This document shows positions 1-8,065 of a stretch of 22,722 nt of DNA, piece after piece; the first letter of the stretch is position 1; each line of letters begins with the position of its first letter. Source of the DNA: Simkaniaceae bacterium (GTDB taxonomy: Bacteria; Chlamydiota; Chlamydiia; Chlamydiales; Simkaniaceae); assembly GCA_050248615.1 (NCBI GenBank), contig JBFWSA010000032.1, positions 1-22,722 on the forward strand, read 5' to 3'. The notes under the pieces were generated by a model. That model was not told the origin of the DNA and did not search any database. It saw only the letters and a list, made by a program, of their open reading frames with translations. Position numbers and translations under genes: made by a program.

Positions 1-372
1 GATTGAGGGAAGTGTTGTGACAAAGGCGGCTCTACCGCTTATTGAATACCCCAATCGAGCAGAGATTTTCGGTGTGAGGATCGTTGCAGAAACGGCTCCT
101 ATAAAGGATGCAATCATGCGAATTCTATCTTGTTGTGTTTTTTGATACCCTCTGGGGAGATAATGATGAGAGGGGAGTTCACTAAAGAGGGCCTGTTGGA
201 TGCGAATTGCAGGAAATTCAGAAGCGGTGTAAACGCAAGCACTGATGACGCACGGGAGTGTAGCTTGTGGATACCAATTGACAAAACGACTACCCCAGGA
301 TCCAAAAACATTAATGGCTGCCGCGATCGAGGTTTTGGCAGCTAGTGCGCCTGCAACTTGTACGTATGACAT
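1..372 (-). CDS. hypothetical hydrophobic protein, runs off the left edge (3'-truncated)
   Basis: Not in the ORF track. Manual translation from ATG at 372: MSYVQVAGALAAKTSIAAAINVFGSWGSRF...ATILTPKISARLGYSISGRAAFVNTLPSI, 124 open codons to the edge. AGGAG SD lies 5 nt upstream. Confidence 0.7.
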   Translation of the reverse strand, partial: MSYVQVAGALAAKTSIAAAINVFGSWGSRFVNWYPQATLPCVISACVYTASEFPAIRIQQALFSELPSHHYLPRGYQKTQQDRIRMIASFIGAVSATILTPKISARLGYSISGRAAFVTTLPSI

Positions 373-466
373 GCGATCTCCTGAAAATTAACAAATATAG
401 GTTTAACAACGAAAATTGCAAATATCATAGTTTTATTTATCAATAATGTAAACTAAAAAAATTTGT

Positions 467-1786
467 TTATTTTTTTCTTACTTCTAGAAGGGAACCTGTT
501 GTCCCCGATTGCTTAAGAAGGGTAAGAATTTCTTGAGCCACCTCCTCAGGGGAGAGGAGGGTAGAAGTCTCCTCTTGAGGGAAGCTTTTTTTCCTCATAG
601 GAGTGGCTGTTCGCTGCGGGATAACAGCATTGATGTGGAGCTCAGGGTGTTCTTCTGCAAGACCTTGGGTGAAGTTCACAATGGCAGCTTTTGCTGAGGA
701 GTAAAGGGTGTAGGATTTACGTCCGCGGGTGAAGGAAGAGGAAGAGAGGTTAACGATATGCCCCCCCGGTTTGAGTTTGGCTAGGCGGCAACTATAGATA
801 AGGGAGTGAAGGTTAGTGGATAGGGAGTGATCGATCTCTTTTTGCGAGAGGTTTTGAAAGGGCTTGAGCGACAAAAATCCCACACAGTTGATGAGACCAT
901 CTAGCTCCCCATGTTTTTTGCGGATAGAAGCAAAAAGAGCCTCTGTTTGAGGATAATTTGTGAGATCTGCCGGATACGAGGAGGAGGATTTTGATATGAT
1001 CAGGGGATGTGCCCCTTCTTTTTCTAGTAATTTGGCGAGGGCGGAGCCGATCCCTCCGGTTCCCCCCGTAATGGCAAAGGTTTTCCCTTTGAGTGAAAGG
1101 GAAGGATGGGTAGGAGGGATTTTTTTTAGGCGCATCAGTTGTTCTGCTAAAAACAGATCGAGTTCATCGGTAATTTTAATATTATGTTCTGATCCAGAGA
1201 CAATATGGACAGGGTGCCTTAAGTCTAATACAAGCTTACAATCATCTGATGTATTTTTCGAAATGGCTTTTTCGTGTGCCTCTAAGAGAAGGGGGTAAGA
1301 AAAGCTTTGGGGGGTTTGTCCCCGAAGGTATTTGGAACGCTGGGGAATCGAGGTGATTTGATCAAAGGTTTCTACATGAACAATGGTATCGGCAGAAGGA
1401 ATGCAGGTATCGATCGCATCATGCTTTTGCACAGCATCGAGATTGTCTTGAATAATTTTTTTCGAAACAAAGGGGCGGACAGCATCATGAATCACAACAT
1501 AGGAGGTCTCTTTTCCACACGCAATGAGTCCGCGGTAGGAGGAATCTTGTCGCGAATGCCCTCCCTCAACGATCCGTACACGGGGGCTTGAAAGATCAGC
1601 AGCGACGCTCTCCATCCAGTTTTTATGACAAACAAGAAGGATTTCTGAGAACTCGGGAAAATCGAGAAAGGTCTCTAAGGTGTGGAGGTAAATTTTCTTT
1701 CCAGAGAGATTGAGAAATTGTTTGGGGGTTTCACCTCCAAAACGCTGTCCCTCTCCTCCCATTAAAAGAATTGCTTTGATTGTCAT
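467..1786 (-). CDS. bifunctional IspD/TarI-like cytidylyltransferase fused to a C-terminal SDR oxidoreductase (Bcs1/Acs1-like architecture)
   Basis: N-half has AILLMGGEGQRFG, PKQF, GGHSRQDS, IHDAVRPF, GQTPQSF, NIKIT. C-half has TGGTGGIG Rossmann motif, VNLSSS and YSSAK (YxxxK). Confidence 0.85.
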   Translation of the reverse strand: MTIKAILLMGGEGQRFGGETPKQFLNLSGKKIYLHTLETFLDFPEFSEILLVCHKNWMESVAADLSSPRVRIVEGGHSRQDSSYRGLIACGKETSYVVIHDAVRPFVSKKIIQDNLDAVQKHDAIDTCIPSADTIVHVETFDQITSIPQRSKYLRGQTPQSFSYPLLLEAHEKAISKNTSDDCKLVLDLRHPVHIVSGSEHNIKITDELDLFLAEQLMRLKKIPPTHPSLSLKGKTFAITGGTGGIGSALAKLLEKEGAHPLIISKSSSSYPADLTNYPQTEALFASIRKKHGELDGLINCVGFLSLKPFQNLSQKEIDHSLSTNLHSLIYSCRLAKLKPGGHIVNLSSSSFTRGRKSYTLYSSAKAAIVNFTQGLAEEHPELHINAVIPQRTATPMRKKSFPQEETSTLLSPEEVAQEILTLLKQSGTTGSLLEVRKK

Positions 1787-2844
1787 AATTTCATGTTTAG
1801 GGGCTTTAATGCTTTTTGCAAATATTGCGCCCGTTTATGTGGTAATTCATCATTCGAAATTTCGCTATTGCTAAGCAAAGCTAAATGCGCTCGGCGTACC
1901 CCGAATAGAATCACATTAATTTCTTTATCGGTTAATCCTGAGATCCATTCTAAATCGATGCCGAGTTTAATGAAACTCAAAGCTGCAAGGGCTTCTTTGG
2001 TTTCAATTTGATAGGAGTGTCTAAGGAGTCCGATGGCGCGACTCACCTTGTCAACGATCAGAGCATCGGGCTTTTCTTTTAAGGCAGTTCTGAGCATTTT
2101 TTCCAGGTTCATCAATTTGGTGGCAGATTTATGAACCCCTTCCAAAATATGTTCTTCAGTGAGGCCGATTGTAAAGCGGTTTTGAATGATCACAATATCT
2201 CCAATAAAATCGCTCTGTCCCGATAAGCCACTGACCTGTACTTCATCGTCTAACTCTTTCAAGAGAACTTCATCGATTTGATCGAGGTGAATCAGGCAAG
2301 GAAGATGGAGAAAGGCTTGTACGGTTAAAGCTGTTCCTGAATTGGCCAGTTCAGACGTGAGATAGCCAAACTTAGGAGAGTAAGCAAAGGTATGGCTTTT
2401 AGCGAGCTCTATTTCAATTTCGGAGAGTTTTTTCCACGCGAGCTTCCAATCAGCTTGAGTGTCGATGGAGTGGAGTACGAGATGGTCTTCTCCATTGATC
2501 ATCGCAAGAAAGTTTCCCGTCTGATCTACAATCACTCCCGATTTGCACTCGGGGTTATTACTTTCGCAGGTCGCTAAAAAGTGTTCTAGTAAGTACTGTT
2601 TTTCCCAGGTTTTGAGCTCGCTCATTTCATAGTAAATGGGAATCTCAAGCTGAGGGACATGCATTAATGTTTGTTTGAGAGCAGTGAGAGTGACCTCAGA
2701 TTCAGTCGCATTCATTTTCATGGGAAAGGGTTCTGAAGAAAGATTTCTTTGGAGAAAAAAGCTTGAGGCGATCCAGATGGGAGTATCGCTTTTTTCCCAA
2801 AAACTTTTTTCTTTTAAATCTATAAAAGGATTAGGCTCGTTCAT
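1783..2844 (-). CDS. mcsB: McsB-like protein arginine kinase (ATP:guanido phosphotransferase family), divergent active site
   Basis: LQRNL..PFP, MINGEDHL, FAYSPKFGYLTS..N.GT.L....LHLP, DKVSRAIGLL, KRAQYL; directly downstream of mcsA. Confidence 0.85.
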   Translation of the reverse strand: MNEPNPFIDLKEKSFWEKSDTPIWIASSFFLQRNLSSEPFPMKMNATESEVTLTALKQTLMHVPQLEIPIYYEMSELKTWEKQYLLEHFLATCESNNPECKSGVIVDQTGNFLAMINGEDHLVLHSIDTQADWKLAWKKLSEIEIELAKSHTFAYSPKFGYLTSELANSGTALTVQAFLHLPCLIHLDQIDEVLLKELDDEVQVSGLSGQSDFIGDIVIIQNRFTIGLTEEHILEGVHKSATKLMNLEKMLRTALKEKPDALIVDKVSRAIGLLRHSYQIETKEALAALSFIKLGIDLEWISGLTDKEINVILFGVRRAHLALLSNSEISNDELPHKRAQYLQKALKPLNMKL

Positions 2845-3343
2845 CGGATTTTTCCATGAGTGCGTTGATTTGATCTCTGAGCCATGCGGCTTCTTCGTAA
2901 TTTTCCCCCTTTAACGCTTCACCAAGAGCTGCGTTAAGATCACGCATCCGATTTGAGTGGAGGGCTTTTTCATCGATATGAGGCGATTTTCCCATATGTA
3001 AAATGGGCGTTTGGGAAACGGGACTGGGTTTAAGGCGGGGGGAAATCTGAGCTGTTTCTGTCAGTTGATCGATTAAGACATCTTGAAAAACCTCATAACA
3101 TTCTTTACAGCCAAGGGGTTCTCCCATGAGGACCGCATCGAGGGAAGTATGACACCGATTGCAGCAGAGCTCCTCTTCCTTTTTCAAGGTTTTTGTATTG
3201 TCGGTTTTTCCTTGCAGCTTGGATTGCAAAACGGGACAGTCACGGCACATGTGCCAGGTTGTCACTGCGGTTCCAACCATCTCGCTATAGATAATATCTG
3301 CTTTTTTCTTGCACTGACTGCATTCGATAGGTCTTTCTTCCAT
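2831..3343 (-). CDS. mcsA: McsA-like Zn-finger/UVR-domain protein
   Basis: Four CxxC motifs (CSQC, CRDC, CNRC, CKEC), HMGKSP and a C-terminal UVR motif ENYEEAAWLRDQI. Confidence 0.88.
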   Translation of the reverse strand: MEERPIECSQCKKKADIIYSEMVGTAVTTWHMCRDCPVLQSKLQGKTDNTKTLKKEEELCCNRCHTSLDAVLMGEPLGCKECYEVFQDVLIDQLTETAQISPRLKPSPVSQTPILHMGKSPHIDEKALHSNRMRDLNAALGEALKGENYEEAAWLRDQINALMEKSDERA

Positions 3344-3349
3344 GAGCCT

Positions 3350-3380
3350 ATCCTAGCGGTTCACTCCATTTTTTTGTCAA
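3350..3380 (-). promoter_or_regulatory. putative sigma66/sigma70-type promoter of mcsA
   Basis: TTGACA (3380-3375), a long 19-bp spacer, then TAGGAT (3355-3350), 6 nt before the ATG. Confidence 0.4.
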
Positions 3381-3427
3381 AAGTTCTTTTCTAATCTATT
3401 CCTATATGGTATGAGGAAATTATTTAA

Positions 3428-3587
3428 CGCGAATTTGGATTAGATCTCTATGAGAAGGTTTAGATTTTTGAAGAGACTTTCAGAAAAATCTGCGAAGGAG
3501 ATAGCCAAAGTGCTATCTTCGAGCAGTTTTTCCTGGAAAGATCACAAAAAGATAGACATTCTCATAGAGATCTAATCCAAATTCGCG
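3428..3587. mobile_element. palindromic MITE-like element, family A, intact (160 bp)
   Basis: Perfect 29-bp terminal inverted repeat CGCGAATTTGGATTAGATCTCTATGAGAA; imperfect pairing continues to the apex GATAGC-CAAAGT-GCTATC; flanked by direct repeat TTATTTAA (3420-3427, 3588-3595). Confidence 0.85.
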
Positions 3588-3607
3588 TTATTTAATGTGA
3601 GGTTTGG

Positions 3608-4099
3608 ATGAAAAGTTTTTTTTGTATGTTAGCAACAGGTTTAGCCTTTTGCAGTTTATCTTATGCCCAGTATGGTTCTTCTCAAGACTACTCAAACTAT
3701 GGGCAATCTAATGGTTCTCAAAACCAGTATCCCCAATATGGACAAGGGCAGCAACAGCAGCAGCAGCAACCTCAGGTTCAGGGATCGGGATCGGATTGTG
3801 ATCATTTGTCGCAGCAAGAGCAGCAATTTGCTTCGCAACTCAGTGTGATGCACCGCACCATGTTTTGTCGCCATTTTTCGGTTTCACAACGCATTGAAGC
3901 CATGACCCTTGCCTCTTCTCAAGTCCAAGGACTTCAAGGGCAGCAGAGTTCCATTTCCCCTGATGAAGCAGTCGAAATCGTGATGAAAAATACGCGGACA
4001 AATGGAGCCCAGGATCAGCAGCCACAGTCTCCACAAGATGGGAGTCAGTATAGCTATCCCTCAGGGTCCTCTTCAAGCAACCCCTATAGCAATTATTAA
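3608..4099 (+). CDS. secreted Gln/Ser-rich hypothetical protein
   Basis: Signal-peptide-like N-terminus MKSFFCMLATGLAFCSLSYA, GAGG SD, low-complexity Q/S/Y ends around a central two-Cys helical segment. Confidence 0.75.
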   Translation: MKSFFCMLATGLAFCSLSYAQYGSSQDYSNYGQSNGSQNQYPQYGQGQQQQQQQPQVQGSGSDCDHLSQQEQQFASQLSVMHRTMFCRHFSVSQRIEAMTLASSQVQGLQGQQSSISPDEAVEIVMKNTRTNGAQDQQPQSPQDGSQYSYPSGSSSSNPYSNY

Positions 4100-4980
4100 G
4101 AAAGCGCAGGGTAAGTAAAGCAGAAGAAATGGATCACGTTGAATAGGTAGTGGCAGAAGATGCTACTTTCAATGGAACGTGTCATTTGGTAAACACTTCC
4201 ATAGATTAGACTGGCAATAAATGTCAGGGAAAGGAAAGTGAAGTCGTGTACAAAGGCAAAGTGGAGGAGTGCAAAGAGTAGGGAAACGACAATCACGCTG
4301 ATCGGTCCTCCCCATTTTGCATGGATATACTCAGAAATCTCTCTCTGGAGAAACCCGCGAAAGAAAGCCTCTTCAGGAATCGTTACAAAAAAGAGATTAG
4401 TCACGAGCCAAATAGCCGAAATATGGGGTAGTTTTAAGTCGATATCAACAAGATGGAGATAGAGGGCTAGAAGCATCAAAAGCATCACCCCTAAAGCGGT
4501 GAGGGCGAGCGTTTTTAGAGCAATACCGCGCCAATGCATCCGAGAGTGGATCAGAGGAATCGTGAGAGCTAAGGGGAGAAAGCCGATAAAGGGTTTATCG
4601 TAATTGAGATAAAGAGAATAGGGGTAGGCGTTTTGACTGATTTGCAAATCGGAAGCGAGTTTCCAGTTATGAAATCCCGGAAAAAAATGTCCCATCAGGG
4701 CAATAGAGACGAAAAAGGCCATGAAAATGGCAAGTAACCGCGAAATGCCTTTTGTTTCTGCGGATAAGAAAAGATGGGCCCCACATAAAATTCCCAAGGC
4801 AACAAAGATTTTAAAGTCGATGAGCTTTCCTAAAAAAGCAAAGATAAAAGAGACGGCTAGAAACGATCCCCAAAGCCACGGTTTTCTGTGAATCCATAAG
4901 CTGATAAAGGCAAGGATGAGGGCTACAAATGCTAGAGAAGCAATGGGGTGATGAATCAAGGTAAAGTAGCTAAACTTCAT
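4096..4980 (-). CDS. CPBP/CAAX-family intramembrane glutamic endopeptidase
   Basis: Multi-TM protein with EEAFFRG, FALLH and HYLFN motifs. Confidence 0.88.
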   Translation of the reverse strand: MKFSYFTLIHHPIASLAFVALILAFISLWIHRKPWLWGSFLAVSFIFAFLGKLIDFKIFVALGILCGAHLFLSAETKGISRLLAIFMAFFVSIALMGHFFPGFHNWKLASDLQISQNAYPYSLYLNYDKPFIGFLPLALTIPLIHSRMHWRGIALKTLALTALGVMLLMLLALYLHLVDIDLKLPHISAIWLVTNLFFVTIPEEAFFRGFLQREISEYIHAKWGGPISVIVVSLLFALLHFAFVHDFTFLSLTFIASLIYGSVYQMTRSIESSIFCHYLFNVIHFFCFTYPALS

Positions 4981-6407
4981 AACTTCTGAGAGATGACTTT
5001 TTCGCTCAAGTATTCGTAGATGCCGCTAGATCCCCCTTCACGGCCAAAACCTGAGGCTTTGACTCCTCCAAAAGGGAGCTGTGCACAACTCGGAGCACCA
5101 TCATTGAGGCCAACGATACCAAACTCCAGTTTAGAAGTCACATGTTCTGCACGTTTTAACCCTTCTGTGAAGACATAAGCAGCGAGGCCGTAGGGTGTTT
5201 GATTCGCAAGATGGATCACTTGATTTTCCTCTTCAAATTCCATAATGGCAACAACAGGCCCAAACGTTTCTTCATTAAAAATGAGCATGTCATGAGTGGC
5301 TCCCGTTAAGATTTCAGGTTCATGGGGCTTTTTCGCTCCCAGGTGGGCTTTAGCCCCTTTTTTTAGGGCATCTTCAATATGGGCACGTACTTTTGCTTGA
5401 GAATCTGAATGAAGTGTATGGGTAAAATCGGTTTCTTTTTCTCGAGGGTCTCCCACTTTCATGCTGCGTACTTTGTGAATCAATTTTTCAAGAAAGGGGG
5501 AGAGGATTTTTTTGTGAACATAGAAACGGTTGGCACAAATGCATGTTTGTCCCCCGTTACGAAACTTGGCAATCAAAGCCCCTTCGACCGCTTTTTCTAA
5601 ATCGGCATCATCAAAAATAATAAAGGGGGCATGTCCCCCCAGTTCCATCGTGACTTTTTTAAGCGTCTGGGCACTAACTCCATAAAGGTATTTCCCGACA
5701 TCGCAGCTTCCTGTAAAGGAAAGCTTCCGGATATGAGGGGCTCCGAGGAGGGCATCCCCAATTTTTTTACCATCCCCCACGAGGACGTGAATCGATTCTT
5801 TCGGAATGCCTCCCTCATGACAAAGGGCTCCTAAAATGAGACCCGATAAAGGGGTGGTGGAGCTGGGTTTACAAATGACAGGGCATCCAGCTGCCAAAGC
5901 GGGAGCCACTTTGCGAGCCGCCATGGCGATGGGAAAATTCCAAGGGGTGATGATGGCAGCAGCTCCTAAGGGCTCATACATGACATAGAGTCTTTTATCG
6001 CGAAAATGGGAGGGAATTTCCTTGCCGTAAACCCGCTTGACTTCTTCTGCAAACCAACTGAAGTAGCTCGCTGCATAGTGAACTTCTGCTTGAGCTTCTT
6101 TAAGAGTTTTTCCCATCTCCATTGTCATCAGTTCTGAGAGCCTGTCCATGTGATGAAAAAGGAGAACAGAAATCTTATGTAAAATGGCTGCCCGTTCATA
6201 AGCGGTCATTTCTTTTAGGGGATTCTTTTTAACCGCTTCAATCGCTTCAGCAATCTCTCCGTCCGTTGCTAAATAAAGCGTTTGCCATTCTTTTTGAGTA
6301 ACAGGGGAAACAAGTACTCTTTTTTCCCCACTTTTTTTCCACGTGCCATTAACAAAGGATCCAAAAGTTTCTTGATCAGAGTCGCTCTTTTCCATAATAT
6401 CACTCAT
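4977..6407 (-). CDS. gabD: NAD(P)-dependent succinate-semialdehyde dehydrogenase (ALDH family); alternative start at 6395
   Basis: ITPWNFPIAM, FTGS, MELGGHAP, KFRNGGQTCICAN, EETFGP, PFGGVKASGFGREG. Confidence 0.85.
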   Translation of the reverse strand: MSDIMEKSDSDQETFGSFVNGTWKKSGEKRVLVSPVTQKEWQTLYLATDGEIAEAIEAVKKNPLKEMTAYERAAILHKISVLLFHHMDRLSELMTMEMGKTLKEAQAEVHYAASYFSWFAEEVKRVYGKEIPSHFRDKRLYVMYEPLGAAAIITPWNFPIAMAARKVAPALAAGCPVICKPSSTTPLSGLILGALCHEGGIPKESIHVLVGDGKKIGDALLGAPHIRKLSFTGSCDVGKYLYGVSAQTLKKVTMELGGHAPFIIFDDADLEKAVEGALIAKFRNGGQTCICANRFYVHKKILSPFLEKLIHKVRSMKVGDPREKETDFTHTLHSDSQAKVRAHIEDALKKGAKAHLGAKKPHEPEILTGATHDMLIFNEETFGPVVAIMEFEEENQVIHLANQTPYGLAAYVFTEGLKRAEHVTSKLEFGIVGLNDGAPSCAQLPFGGVKASGFGREGGSSGIYEYLSEKVISQKL

Positions 6408-6742
6408 ATAGCTAGATTTGTTTAAAATTGGGATGATTTAGGTGAGATATTTTTGATGGATTTTGGCTTCTTAAAATCGAAAACATTGTCCATCAGACAA
6501 GAACCTATCCAGTATTTAAGACATTTTTTTATTCCACGCTTTTTGGCATCTTTTCCATTTTCATTTTGACCTCTTGTCTCATGGACAATGTGATCAAAAT
6601 GAAAATGGAAAATCTGTTCAAAAATCGAAGAAATCAAATAAATCCTTAAATACTGGATAGGTTCAAGGAGAGATTTTAAGAAATCGAAAGACAACGGAAA
6701 GATCCACATAAATCATCCCAATTTTAAATAAATTTAGCTATA
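6407..6742. mobile_element. palindromic MITE-like element, family C (170 bp without its insert), interrupted by a family E element
   Basis: 34-bp TIR TATAGCTA(G/A)ATTT(G/A)TTTAAAATTGGGATGATTTA with 2 mismatches (6407-6440 / 6709-6742); inner stem TTCTTAAAATC/GATTTTAAGAA. Confidence 0.85.
6502..6663. mobile_element. palindromic MITE-like element, family E (162 bp), nested in C
   Basis: Perfect TIR AACCTATCCAGTATTTAAG; inner stem TTTTCCATTTTCATTTTGA/TCAAAATGAAAATGGAAAA; flanking direct repeat CAAG (6498-6501, 6664-6667). Confidence 0.85.
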
Positions 6743-6746
6743 AACC

Positions 6747-7451
6747 ATGTTAAGAAAAAAAGAAAATGAATTAGAGTGGCTCGAGTTTGAGCTTTTGCAA
6801 CAATTTCCCGAAGTGAAACACGGGGTATTTTTGCATGTAGATTTGGGGGAACGCGGAAAGGTTGAAGATCAAGAGCGTGTTGCTGACCATTTTGGTGTTC
6901 CAACAATGAAGCTCAAACAGGTGCACAAAGACGCTCTTTTTGAGGTGAAAAAAACCCAGAAAAAACTCTCTTATCGGACAGGATTTGATGGAATGGTCAC
7001 AAAAGAAAAAAATGTAGCTCTTCTGATTCGTCATGCCGATTGTCAAGCGACCTTATTTTATGATCCCTTTCACAAAGCCCTTGCAAATGTTCACTGTGGT
7101 TGGCGAGGAAGTACGCTTAACATTTACGAAAAAACCGTAAAAAAAATGGAGAAGCTTTATGGAACCCATCCAAAAGATCTCCATGTATGTATTGGCCCGA
7201 GCTTAGGCCCCGAGTCTGCAGAATTCATTCACTATAAAAAAGAACTCCCTCCTCACTTTTGGGCTTTTCAAGTACGTCCTACCTATTTTGATTTTTGGGC
7301 CATTAGTGAAAAGCAGCTAAAGGATCTAGGGGTTCCTTCAACTCAGATAGAAATTGCCCGCATCTGTACCAAACAAAATACGGAAGATTGCTTTTCCTAT
7401 CGGCGCAATAAAAACACCCCTCATCATGGCACCCTCGCATTCATGATTTAG
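6747..7451 (+). CDS. pgeF: PgeF/YfiH-family polyphenol oxidase-like protein (peptidoglycan editing factor / purine nucleoside phosphorylase)
   Basis: LKQVH, DGMVT, HADCQ, NVHCGWRG, IGPSLG, CT...FSYRR motifs. Confidence 0.88.
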   Translation: MLRKKENELEWLEFELLQQFPEVKHGVFLHVDLGERGKVEDQERVADHFGVPTMKLKQVHKDALFEVKKTQKKLSYRTGFDGMVTKEKNVALLIRHADCQATLFYDPFHKALANVHCGWRGSTLNIYEKTVKKMEKLYGTHPKDLHVCIGPSLGPESAEFIHYKKELPPHFWAFQVRPTYFDFWAISEKQLKDLGVPSTQIEIARICTKQNTEDCFSYRRNKNTPHHGTLAFMI

Positions 7452-7496
7452 ATCACCTATGAAGGGGTATATCCAAACAACTTCAAAAGTTGCCCA

Positions 7497-7525
7497 TTGT
7501 CAAATTTAGAACTAGCTCCTATAAT
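7497..7525 (+). promoter_or_regulatory. putative sigma66/sigma70-type promoter of the rmlC operon
   Basis: TTGTCA-N17-TATAAT, 9 nt before ATG 7535. Confidence 0.65.
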
Positions 7526-7534
7526 TTGGTCTCT

Positions 7535-8065
7535 ATGGAGATTAAAGAACTAAGTCTAAAAGGGGCTAAACTGATTAAGCCCTTGGTTCATTGGGATTCA
7601 CGGGGCTTTTTTTTAGAGAGCTTTCAAGAAGAGCGTTACCAAGATCTAGAGAGTAGATTTGTTCAGGATAATCATTCCTTTTCCAAAAAAGGGGTGATCC
7701 GGGGGATGCATTTTCAGTCGGATCCGGGACAAGCCAAGCTCGTTCGTGTCGCTATAGGAAAAATTTATGATGTGATTGTCGATATCCGTCCGGATTCACC
7801 GACCTTTGGAAAATGGCAAGGGGTCACTCTAGATGATCAGGAACATCAACAATTATTTATACCCGTGGGATTTGCTCACGGGTTTTGTGTTTTAAGTGAT
7901 GAGGCGCATGTGCTTTATAAAACTAGTACCCCATTTTGTGCAGAAACGGAAAGGGGATTTCGCTTTGATGATCCAGAAGTGGGAATAGAGTGGCCCCTCA
8001 AGGATCCGATTGTTTCGGAGCGGGATCAAAATACTCCCTATTTTTACGAACTGAGGTGGTCATGA
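7535..8065 (+). CDS. rmlC: dTDP-4-dehydrorhamnose 3,5-epimerase
   Basis: DSRGFFLE, FVQDNHSFS, RGMHFQ, QAKLVR, GFAHGF. Start moved to MEIKEL at 7535. Confidence 0.93.
   Translation: MEIKELSLKGAKLIKPLVHWDSRGFFLESFQEERYQDLESRFVQDNHSFSKKGVIRGMHFQSDPGQAKLVRVAIGKIYDVIVDIRPDSPTFGKWQGVTLDDQEHQQLFIPVGFAHGFCVLSDEAHVLYKTSTPFCAETERGFRFDDPEVGIEWPLKDPIVSERDQNTPYFYELRWS

Noticed and set aside
114..345. ORF-track calls 114-311 (-) and 130-345 (+)
   Set aside because: Both overlap the longer SD-bearing minus-strand frame that starts at 372.
3749..3769. CAG/CAA tract as a phase-variation locus
   Set aside because: Short, interrupted and in-frame triplet repeat; slippage would not switch the gene on or off.
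6422..6709. 95-aa ORF spanning the C/E composite, considered as a small protein or transposase remnant
   Set aside because: It lies entirely in palindromic repeat DNA and has no DDE/HUH motif or SD; probably incidental.
7990..8061. N-terminal extensions from the ORF track (rmlD 7990, rmlC 7490, porins 10646, 19433, 22158)
   Set aside because: Downstream ATGs fit family N-termini, signal peptides, SD/promoter positions or ATGA coupling better.
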